DNA of 60,697 nucleotides, filler included. It is 3 parts of 3 records of this genome, joined end to end, with 100 filler letters (N's around TTAATTAATTAA, not from the genome) between each part and the next. Parts side by side here need not be neighbours in the genome. Positions count along the whole stretch, not along the records: positions 1 to 27,429 come from SRR20825006_193; 2 more parts are not named here. One strand, written 5' to 3'. The notes under the pieces were generated by a model. It ran no database searches. It saw nothing but the letters and a program-made list of their open reading frames with translations, and was not told the origin of the DNA. Position 1 is the first letter of the stretch. Each line of letters begins with the position of its first letter. Below are positions 8,688 to 18,000 of the stretch, piece after piece. Both the position numbers and the translations under genes were made by a program.

Positions 8688-9641
8688 TTGTCGGATAGAA
8701 ATAAAGAGAAAATGCAAACGCACAATTCAATTGTTCAAGAACTTACTTTTGACGCCCTTGTAAAGCGAAATATTCGAGTACTGGTGAAGAGAGATGATCT
8801 CATTCATTCCGAAATTTCTGGAAATAAGTGGCGAAAATTGAAATACAATTTGGAATTGTGTCGTGTTCGTAAAAAGCTGGGCATTCTCACTTTTGGCGGT
8901 GCGTACTCGAATCATTTGGTGGCTACGGCGGCAATTTGCAAGGAACATAATCTACAATCCATTGGATTAGTGCGTGGAGATGAGCTAAGTGCCAATTCGA
9001 ATGCAACATTAAAAAAATGCGCTGAATTGGGAATGGAATTGCGATTTATTTCTCGCGAAGAGTACGCTATGAGAAATGATTCAGCGTATCATGAAACGCT
9101 CGCAGCTGATTTTCCAAGTTTACAACGCGTTCCAGAAGGTGGAGCGAACTATTATGGAATGATCGGTTGTCAAGAAATCTTAAAAGAAGTAAAGGAACCC
9201 GTCGATCATATTTTTGTTTCACAAGGAACGTCTACCACGAGCTGCGGAATCATGCTGAGTCTTTTTGAACATCAAACATTGCACGTTGTTCCTGCGTTAA
9301 AAGGATTTGAAGCAAAAAATGAAATGCTCCAATTATTCGCAAAGAGTGGAATGGAAGCGTCTTTGATAGAAGATTTATTGAATCAAGTAGAAGTTCACGA
9401 TGAATATCATTTCGGAGGATATGGGAAATACACGACAGAATTGTTGGAATTCATTCAATCTGTTTATGTTTCGCAAAAGTTAAAACTCGATCCTATTTAC
9501 ACAGGAAAGGCATTTTATGGAACGTTGAAAGAATTGGAGTCTGAACGCTTCGATAATTCAACCGTACTTTTTGTTCACACAGGAGGCTTGCAAGGTGTTG
9601 ACGGAATAGAACAAAAAAGCGGAATCAAACTATTCGTCTAA
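8688..9641 (+). CDS. ACC deaminase / D-cysteine desulfhydrase family PLP enzyme
   Basis: KRDDLIH..ISGNKWRKL, TFGGAYSNH, PEGG, LDPIYTGK and HTGGLQG. The start may be ATG 8712. Confidence 0.92.
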   Translation: MSDRNKEKMQTHNSIVQELTFDALVKRNIRVLVKRDDLIHSEISGNKWRKLKYNLELCRVRKKLGILTFGGAYSNHLVATAAICKEHNLQSIGLVRGDELSANSNATLKKCAELGMELRFISREEYAMRNDSAYHETLAADFPSLQRVPEGGANYYGMIGCQEILKEVKEPVDHIFVSQGTSTTSCGIMLSLFEHQTLHVVPALKGFEAKNEMLQLFAKSGMEASLIEDLLNQVEVHDEYHFGGYGKYTTELLEFIQSVYVSQKLKLDPIYTGKAFYGTLKELESERFDNSTVLFVHTGGLQGVDGIEQKSGIKLFV

Positions 9642-9666
9642 TTCCGCCCAATTTGTAGTTGTTGAA

Positions 9667-9992
9667 TCAAAACTTAACTACTCTTGAAACTTTTGTTCCC
9701 AATTCATTTGAAACAATCACTAAATAGGTCGCATTTTCGAGTGGGCTAAAATCAATCGTTGCCGAAGCTCCCGCTTTTTCTGTTGCAAGAACTAATGTTC
9801 CGTTCAAATCTCGAATTTCAATCGTCATTTCTGAACCATTTAAAAGTTCCACTGTTAATGTCGATTGTGTTGGATTCGGATACATTTTTACAGATGGAAG
9901 TTCAGTCTCTTCGGTGTAAAAAGAACGAGAATATTGTCCTATTGAAAATGTACTCAATAGAAAAATGAAAGTACGGCGTAGAGTGTTTTCAT
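9667..9992 (-). pseudogene. Small T9SS cargo gene with an apparent 1-nt frameshift in its signal peptide (pseudogene or sequencing error)
   Basis: The CTD (MYPNPTQSTL...LENATYLVIV...SRVVKF) lies in ORF 9667-9957. ATG 9992 (MKTLYAVLSFF) is out of frame and stops after 12 codons unless one base is added to the A5 run at 9961-9965. Confidence 0.6.
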
Positions 9993-10131
9993 ATCGTAAG
10001 GTTTGAGTAATTTAAACCAAGATGATAATTAAACTGTTTGCGTATTCTAGAATAACTTAATCTGATGCTGACATCTAGCTAATGGTTGTTTCGCTTGATT
10101 TTAAGATACTTGAGACAAGTCAAGAAGAGAA

Positions 10132-10986
10132 TTAATGAATTAAACTTACAATCTCCACCGCTTCCTTCACATCATGAACCCTGAAAATCTTCGCACTTTT
10201 CATGAGGGCGATTGTATTCAAAGCTGTTGTTCCATTCAACGATTCTTCGGGTGAACTATTTAATTTCTTGTAAATCATCGATTTTCTAGAAATACCTGCA
10301 AGAACAGGACGGTTTAAACATTGAAAAGCATCCAAATGACTCAATAGAAAGTGATTTTGGGCTAAATTTTTACCAAAACCGAACCCAGGGTCAATAATGA
10401 TGTCATGAACTCCCTTTGAAGTGAGAAAATTGATTTTTTCAGTGAAATACTGCATCATTTCCACAAAGAGATTTGAATATTCCGTATTGTTCTGCATATC
10501 CTGAGGCGTTCCTCTCACGTGCATCAGAATGTATGGCACTTTGTACTGCGCGGCAACTTCTGCAATTCTCGGGTCGATTTCAAAACCACTAATGTCATTT
10601 ACGATATGCGCGCCAGCGAGAATGGCTTGCTCGGCAACATTTGCTCGAAATGTATCGATCGAAATGATCGTTTCGGGAAATTCACTCGAAATTCGGCGAA
10701 TGATTGGAAGAACGCGACTTATTTCTTCGTCTTCTGAAATGTTCGTAGCACCCGGCCGAGAAGAATATCCACCAACGTCAATTATGCGTGCACCAAGCGT
10801 TAACATTTCTTTAACGCGCTCAAATCCATCGTCTTCCTGCATTGTACGACTCCCACTGTAGAAGGAGTCGGGCGTGGTGTTAATGATCCCCATTACAAGC
10901 GGAAGGCTCAAGTCTATCAATTTATCACCAATTCGTATATGTTGGTTCGCACTAAAATATGTATCTTCAACCTTTGAATTTTGCAT
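10132..10986 (-). CDS. folP: Dihydropteroate synthase
   Basis: MGIINTTPDSFY, IDVGGYSSRPG, SIDTF, DPGFGFGK, SRKS and FRVHDV. Confidence 0.97.
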   Translation of the reverse strand: MQNSKVEDTYFSANQHIRIGDKLIDLSLPLVMGIINTTPDSFYSGSRTMQEDDGFERVKEMLTLGARIIDVGGYSSRPGATNISEDEEISRVLPIIRRISSEFPETIISIDTFRANVAEQAILAGAHIVNDISGFEIDPRIAEVAAQYKVPYILMHVRGTPQDMQNNTEYSNLFVEMMQYFTEKINFLTSKGVHDIIIDPGFGFGKNLAQNHFLLSHLDAFQCLNRPVLAGISRKSMIYKKLNSSPEESLNGTTALNTIALMKSAKIFRVHDVKEAVEIVSLIH

Positions 10987-10994
10987 CGTTCTTT

Positions 10995-11546
10995 ATGAGT
11001 AACACCAATACTGAATACACAAATGTAATCAATGTTTGTAGAGATATTTTCGCCAAGAAAACGGTCGACTACGGAACTGCGTGGCGAATTTTGCGTCCAA
11101 GCTCATTGACTGATCAACTTTTTATCAAAGCGCAGCGAATCAGAACGATCCAGGAAACGGGTGAAAATCAGGTCGGCGAAGATATTGACGACGAATTTGT
11201 GGCGATTGTGAATTACTGCCTCATGGCAATCATTCAAGTGTGTGAAAAAGAACTAAAAGAAATGGAACTCTCTGCGAATTTAGCGCTTGAGTTGTACGAC
11301 AAGTATGCAAACGAGGCATTTAAGTTAATGTCAAAGAAAAATCATGACTACGGTGAAGCTTGGCGCGATATGCGAGTAAGCTCGTTGACAGATTTAATCC
11401 TTCAGAAAATTTACAGAGTAAAACAAATAGAAGACAATAAAGGAGCAACCATTATTAGCGAAGGAATCGACGCTAACTACTACGACATGCTCAATTATGC
11501 AGTTTTTGCACTTATTCACCTTTCAATAGTAAAAACCAATGATTAA
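10995..11546 (+). CDS. DUF1599 domain protein
   Basis: Duplicated KxxDYGxAWR motif (KKTVDYGTAWR, KKNHDYGEAWR); divergent from folP as usual in Bacteroidota. Confidence 0.88.
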   Translation: MSNTNTEYTNVINVCRDIFAKKTVDYGTAWRILRPSSLTDQLFIKAQRIRTIQETGENQVGEDIDDEFVAIVNYCLMAIIQVCEKELKEMELSANLALELYDKYANEAFKLMSKKNHDYGEAWRDMRVSSLTDLILQKIYRVKQIEDNKGATIISEGIDANYYDMLNYAVFALIHLSIVKTND

Positions 11547-13428
11547 AATGAAAGAATCAGCAACATTCCACGGAAGATCGCTCGTTTTTAACTGGATTTT
11601 CGTAGCGCTAAACATTACCGGACTTGTGTTTATGGTTTTAGGTGGGCACGACAGCTTTACTGAACACTCCATGATGTTTAATTTGATTGGGCTCATGCTC
11701 ATGATTTCAAGTATTGGAGGGCTCATTGTGTTCAAAGGAAGAATGATGATGTCGAGCGTGTCGAGGGTGATTGTGGGTGGATTGTTTATTGTTTCTGGAC
11801 TCGTGAAGGCGAATGATCCTGTCGGTTTTGCGTACAAATTGGAAGAGTATTTCGAGGATGGAGCGCTCGCATTTAGGATCAAAGAATGGTTCGGAGCTCC
11901 TGGGTTTTCCATGGAATTCCTGATGGATTATGCGCTTATTCTGAGTGTTATTATCTGTATTGCTGAGATTGTATTGGGTGTATTAACGCTCATCGGAGGA
12001 AAAATCAAACTAGTATCATACTTGATGCTGTTCATGATGATTTTCTTCACGTTTTTAACATGGCACACAGCGAATTGCGATTCAGAGAAGAAATTTAAAG
12101 ACCGCGATACTTATGCTGCAAATGATCCAGTCGGATTGATGAAGCTGGACGATGCCAAAACAAATAAAGAGATAACAGTCTTTTCAAAAGATGCGAAATC
12201 CATTGTAATCGATGAAATGAAACAGCCACAATGCGTGGATGATTGTGGATGCTTCGGAGATGCGTTAAAAGGCTCTGTTGGGCGATCATTGGAACCAAAA
12301 GAATCATTGTGGAAAGACATTATTCTTTTGTACCTCGTCTTCTGGATTTTTGTCGCGCAATGGATCATTAAACCAAACAACCGAAAACAAAATTTCTGGT
12401 ACTTAGTAGCTGGAATGGGAGTTGTAATCTTCTTCTCATGGGTATTCGGCTGGTATTTCCCAACGTTATTCGCGTTAATCGCACTCGTCGGATCGCTCTG
12501 GCTCTTACGTGTTGGCGGAAAACTCTTCGGGAATTATTACGGAGTTGCATTGTTCGTAACGCTCCTCTGTACAGCACTTGTGATGTATGTGATGACGTAT
12601 GATCCCTTAAAAGATTACCGTCCGTATGCCGTTGGTTCTAACTTGAAAGAGAAAATGAACGATGGTATTGAAGGTAAGTACGAAAGCATGCTACTGTATA
12701 AAAACAAGAAAACAGGCGCGGAGAAAGAATATTCATCGACTTCGAAAGAATATACAGATTCTAAAATTTGGGAAGATAAAGATTGGGAGTATAAGGACAT
12801 GGTTCAAAATGTGATTATACCATCTAAGAATCCGTCCATTATGGATTTTCACCCATCCATTTCCATTACCGACATGATTGCGGCGGAGAAGAACCTTCCT
12901 TTCGTAAAATCTGTACTCGATAAATCGCAAGTGAAACTATTAAAGATTTTAGCGTTAGAGTACAATAGCGAAATGGAAGTACCATTTGAAGAATATGATA
13001 TTGAAGGTTTCCCCGCAACGGAATACACCATTTTAGATACTATTTCTGGAATGGATCCGGCATTAACGGACATCGATATCATGGAAGGATTGATCTCCGA
13101 GAAAAAGGCAGTGTTGCTCATCTCAAGAAAATTGGGTGAAGCGGATTGGTCAATGATCAAGGAATTAAAAGCAATTGAAGCGTCTTGCAAGAAAAAAGGT
13201 GTTCCGTTTGTGATGATTTGCAACGCTACGAGAGAAGAAATTAACGCATTTAGAAAAAAGTATTCGTTTGATTTAGCGGTTTTCTCAATGGATGAAATAG
13301 AATTGAAGATTATTTCAAGATCCAATCCAGCATTGTTGGTATTGGAAAAAGGAGTGGTGAAGGCAAAATATACGCAAGCATCAACTCCAACGGAAGAATC
13401 ATTTTCAAAACAACACTTAAATAAATAA
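11539..13428 (+). CDS. DoxX/MauE-like membrane protein (BT_3928 family) with C-terminal thioredoxin-like domain
   Basis: SRVIVGGLFIVSGLVKANDPVGF, DCGCFGDA, DYRPYAVG and IISRSNPALLVL motifs. Confidence 0.88.
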   Translation: MIKMKESATFHGRSLVFNWIFVALNITGLVFMVLGGHDSFTEHSMMFNLIGLMLMISSIGGLIVFKGRMMMSSVSRVIVGGLFIVSGLVKANDPVGFAYKLEEYFEDGALAFRIKEWFGAPGFSMEFLMDYALILSVIICIAEIVLGVLTLIGGKIKLVSYLMLFMMIFFTFLTWHTANCDSEKKFKDRDTYAANDPVGLMKLDDAKTNKEITVFSKDAKSIVIDEMKQPQCVDDCGCFGDALKGSVGRSLEPKESLWKDIILLYLVFWIFVAQWIIKPNNRKQNFWYLVAGMGVVIFFSWVFGWYFPTLFALIALVGSLWLLRVGGKLFGNYYGVALFVTLLCTALVMYVMTYDPLKDYRPYAVGSNLKEKMNDGIEGKYESMLLYKNKKTGAEKEYSSTSKEYTDSKIWEDKDWEYKDMVQNVIIPSKNPSIMDFHPSISITDMIAAEKNLPFVKSVLDKSQVKLLKILALEYNSEMEVPFEEYDIEGFPATEYTILDTISGMDPALTDIDIMEGLISEKKAVLLISRKLGEADWSMIKELKAIEASCKKKGVPFVMICNATREEINAFRKKYSFDLAVFSMDEIELKIISRSNPALLVLEKGVVKAKYTQASTPTEESFSKQHLNK

Positions 13429-13432
13429 CAGT

Positions 13433-14176
13433 ATGCCCAAAAGAATAGTTGCGGGAAATTGGAAGATGAATTTGACCTCGATAGAGGCAGAAGATTTAAT
13501 GCGCGAAGTGGATGGACTCGATAAACCATCGGATGTAAGAGTCTTGGCTTTCGTGCCAACGCTTTTCGTAAGCGATTTAGTGAAAACAGCGGAAAGCGTG
13601 AAGATTGGTGTGCAGAATTTCTTTCACAAAGAAAAGGGTGCATTCACGGGAGAGATTTCCATTGAACAAGTGAAAAGTGTCGGAGCTGTGTGTGGACTAA
13701 TCGGTCACAGTGAGCGAAGAATGCTTTTTGAAGAAAGTAATGAATTGCTTAAACTAAAAGTAGACGCAGCAATTGAAAAAGATTTCTCGTTTATTTTCTG
13801 CTGTGGAGAACCATTGGAAGTGCGTGAAATCGGTGAACAAAGCAAATTTGTGAAAGAGCAACTAGACCAAAGTTTGTTTCACTTATCTGCCGATCAAATG
13901 AAAAACAAAGTGATTGCTTACGAACCCGTTTGGGCAATAGGAACAGGGGAGACGGCAACATCTGCACAAGCGGAAGCAATGCACGCCGAAATTAGAAAGT
14001 GGCTCGTAGAACGCTACGATTTGGAAACGGCAGAAAGCGTTTCTCTTTTGTACGGCGGAAGCTGCAACGCTGAAAATGCCAAGGAACTTTTCGCATGTCC
14101 AAATGTGAATGGTGGACTCATTGGTGGAGCTGCATTAAACGCCGAATCGTTCGGTAAAATCATTCATTCTTTTTAG
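13433..14176 (+). CDS. tpiA: Triosephosphate isomerase
   Basis: AGNWKMN, GHSERR, AYEPVWAIGTG, LYGGS and GGLIGGA. Confidence 0.98.
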   Translation: MPKRIVAGNWKMNLTSIEAEDLMREVDGLDKPSDVRVLAFVPTLFVSDLVKTAESVKIGVQNFFHKEKGAFTGEISIEQVKSVGAVCGLIGHSERRMLFEESNELLKLKVDAAIEKDFSFIFCCGEPLEVREIGEQSKFVKEQLDQSLFHLSADQMKNKVIAYEPVWAIGTGETATSAQAEAMHAEIRKWLVERYDLETAESVSLLYGGSCNAENAKELFACPNVNGGLIGGAALNAESFGKIIHSF

Positions 14177-14177
14177 C

Positions 14178-15023
14178 ATGGAGTCTTTAGATACACTTGA
14201 ATTAACCGTAAACCTTACTCCAAAAGATCCTTGGAGTGAAATTATTATTGCCGAACTTTCAGAATTGGGTTTTGATGGTTTCTTAAACACGGATACTGGA
14301 ATTCAAGCGTATGCTCCAGCGCATGTTGATTTGGAAGCGATACTTCCGCAAACATCGCTTAAAACGAATGAACAATTTGTATTTTCTATAGAAAAACAAG
14401 TTATTCCTCACCAAAATTGGAACGCACAATGGGAAGCCGATTTTCATCCCGTATATGTAGAAGAGTACGCTACCATTTTGGCACCATTTCACAATAAGGA
14501 GGAAGGAAAGGGACTAATTGTAGAAATTCAACCACAAATGTCGTTCGGTACTGGACATCATCAAACAACATGGATGATGACCAAAGCACTTTTTGAATTG
14601 GGAAATCTTCCAACTAATGTGCTCGACATGGGCGCTGGAACGGGAGTTTTGGCCATTGTTGCAGAAAAACTTGGAGCGAAGGAAATCCTCGCAATCGACA
14701 TTGAACAATGGTCAGCAGAAAATGCGACAGAGAACGCTCAAAGAAATAAGTGCGAGAAAATAACTTCTATCTGCGGAGATATCGAAGACATAGAAGGGAA
14801 AAAATTTGGATTGATTATTGCCAATATCAACAAAAATGTGTTGAAGGCACACATAGAAAAATATGCAATTGGGTTAGAAGAGAACGGAATTTTGCTTTTG
14901 AGTGGTTTTTTCAGCTCAGATGTAGATGAACTAGTAACTTTTGCGCAGAATTTTGGTCTTACTCTTGAAAAGGAGTTTGCTAAAGATGAATGGGCTGGAC
15001 TTCAATTGCGAAAGACGAATTAA
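14178..15023 (+). CDS. prmA: 50S ribosomal protein L11 methyltransferase
   Basis: NWNAQWE, PQMSFGTGHHQTT, LDMGAGTGVLAI and ANIN. Confidence 0.96.
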   Translation: MESLDTLELTVNLTPKDPWSEIIIAELSELGFDGFLNTDTGIQAYAPAHVDLEAILPQTSLKTNEQFVFSIEKQVIPHQNWNAQWEADFHPVYVEEYATILAPFHNKEEGKGLIVEIQPQMSFGTGHHQTTWMMTKALFELGNLPTNVLDMGAGTGVLAIVAEKLGAKEILAIDIEQWSAENATENAQRNKCEKITSICGDIEDIEGKKFGLIIANINKNVLKAHIEKYAIGLEENGILLLSGFFSSDVDELVTFAQNFGLTLEKEFAKDEWAGLQLRKTN

Positions 15024-15035
15024 CAACGATAAACC

Positions 15036-18000
15036 ATGATGAAAATGAAACTTGTGATGCTTTTAGTGTCACTCATTGCTACGACTACTGCGTTTTCACA
15101 GTCATTTCCGAATACGCGCGATAAATTTTCGAAGGAGTTTCAACGCCAAATAAGTGAGTACGGTTCTGGAGATTATACGGATTTTGCCAAAAAGGAGTTT
15201 CCAGCATTGTTATTAGAATCTTCGGAGTTTCCAGATGATTATTTTGCAAAATTGGTGGAAACATGCAACGCAATGGAAGCCAAACGACTCAAAGCGTATC
15301 CAGATATTTACAATTATGTTTTTTCGGTAGCTTCCTTCGTGAAATCACGTCAACCAAAAGCAAGTTATCAGGCTTGGCATGCAACGGTAGATAAAATGCT
15401 CAGCGGCAGAAACGTTAAGAAAGTGGAGGATTTCGTAGACTTCTCTGCAGGTTTCTTCTCCGAAGGAAAAATTTCTACTTCTTCAAATCATGCATGGTAT
15501 TATTTTGGAGGTTCGTACGATTTCGTTGCTGATGATAAAGATGTCTCCATCCAATTTGTGGATGGAAGTTTGGTGTGTAGAGCAATCGCCTCATCAGGTT
15601 CTAATCGAGGTGAAGCAGTAGATAGTTTGCGAATTAATAAAACAACAGGCACGTATGATCCAGTTCTGAAAAAATGGGTTGGAAAAGGCGGAAAACTCAC
15701 TTGGGAAAAGGTGGGAATGGACGGAAATACAACATTTGCAATGCTCAAAGGATACGATGTTTCACTGAAAACGTCCAACTTAAGCGTTGATACAGTAGAA
15801 CTAACAACAACTTATTTTAAGACACCGATTTTAGGAAGTCTTTCTGATCGAGCATTTAAAATCAATCGTGAAGAAGATAAAGTATATCCCCAGTTTCTGT
15901 CGTTCGAACGTAAATTGGTCATCGGAAACATTATCCCTGATGTAGATTATATTGGTGGTTTTGCGTTTCAAGGTGCACGATTTATCGGTGCAGGAACGAA
16001 TGATAATCCGGCAAAAGTAACGCTGAAAAAAGGCGGAAATCCTTTTATGAAAGCAAGTTCTGAGCAAATAATGATCTCATCTGAAAAAGTGTTCATCGAG
16101 AAAGCGAATTTTTTGATGTACTTAAAAACGGGAGATTCAATTTCGCATCCTGGCGTGCGCTTCGATTTCGACCTTACAAAGAAAAATGTTCAACTCTCTC
16201 GTTCAAGCAGCGGAATTGGTCAAGCTCCATTTCAAGATTCTTACCATAAATTGGACATCTACGCACCAAAAATATTGTGGGAACAAGGAACAGATCGGAT
16301 CACATTTACCTACGAATTTGGAACAAGTCAAGAACAACGTGTCGCATCTTTCGAATCGCAAGGATACTTCAACGAACGGGTATATGATCAATTGCTTGGA
16401 TTAGAATCTCTTCATCCGCTTGTAGCGATTTCTCAATACTGTTATAAGTATGATGAATACGTGCTCAATGAAGGAAAAGCCGCTACAGCACTTGGAAAGA
16501 CAGTTGAACAGGCAAAACCAACGCTCTTAAAACTTTCGAGCATGGGATTCATTAGCTATGATAGTGAGTCTAAAATGGTAGCAGTTAAACCGAAATTGGA
16601 AAATTTTGTAAAAGCAAAAGCAGGGAAGAAGGACTTTGACAACATTGTGTTTACTTCTGATATGCGCCCAAAAAGACTTGATGGTTATTCACCAGAGGAA
16701 ATTCAAAAAGATCCATTCTTATATACTCTAGATTCTACGTATAAATCGTTGACGAATAAGCGAATGTTGATGAAAGAGTTTGGTTATTTGGACCTTATTT
16801 CTCTGGAATTAGAATTAGAGGCGGTTGATCAAGTCTTACTTTCTGAAACAAAAAACACCGTGGTCTTCCCAGACGCTGGAAAAGTGAAAATCAAAGAAAA
16901 CAGAAATTTCATGTTCTCTGGATGGGCAAAAGCAGGAAAATTCGAAATAGAAACCGAACTCGCGAGTTTTGAATATGATGGATTCAAAATCAAACTTCAA
17001 AAAACCAATGAAGGATTGTTTAGAATCAGACCTTTGGACAAAACACACGGAACCAAAGCAATCCCGATGGTAAGTTCACTTACTGGACTTTCAGGAGAGA
17101 TTTTGATCGATAGTCCAGAAAATAGATCTGGAAAGAACATTACACATGGCGCGTTTCCAAAATTGAAGTCGGTAAATTCATCTAAAATTTTCTACAATTC
17201 AAAAGACATTTACAGAGGAGTTTACGACAGTACACGATTCTATTATACGGTTGAACCATTCGAAATGGATAGTTTGAACTCATTCAATGAAGCAACTTTT
17301 CGTTTGAATGGAGAATTGGTTTCTGCAGGAATTTTCCCTAAAATCAAGGAACCATTGAAGATTATGCAAGATTATTCTTTCGGATTTTCAACTCAAGCAC
17401 CAAAAGGTGGGCATCCTTTCTATGGAACAACAGCGAAATATGAAGATAAGATAGTACTATCGAATAATGGACTTCAAGGAGCAGGGAAAATTAACTTCGT
17501 GAATGCAACGGCCGATTCGAAAGCATTGAGTTTCTTACCCGATTCTACAGTTGGTTACGCGACATTCGTAAATAGACCATCGGAAACAGGAGTGCAATTC
17601 CCTGACGTAGCAACTGAAGTGGCGTACATTACGTATGTCCCACAAAAGGAACTTCTCAAAGCGGCCTCAACTCCTCAAAATGACCTAATATTCTTCGATA
17701 AAGAAGCGAAGTTGAGAGGAACTGTTCTTGTAACTCCGAAAGGAATGACAGGAAATGGTTTGATGTCGTTTAACAATGCAAATCTGATTTCAGATCGTTT
17801 TGAATACAAACGATACGATGTTTCTGCGGATACTTCGTCGTTTAGACTTCAAAACCAAAGTGGTGAAGCAAACGAGGATGCACTTGCGTTTAAAACGGAT
17901 AACGTTAAATCATCAGTCTCTTTCAAAACGAGGTTAGGGACATTTAATTCGAACCAAGGAGAATCGAAAGTAGAATTTCCAGTAAACCAATACATGGCGA

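Noticed and set aside
12849..13643. 264-aa minus-strand ORF across DoxX and tpiA
   Set aside because: Antisense to two well-supported genes; Ser/Ile-rich shadow composition.
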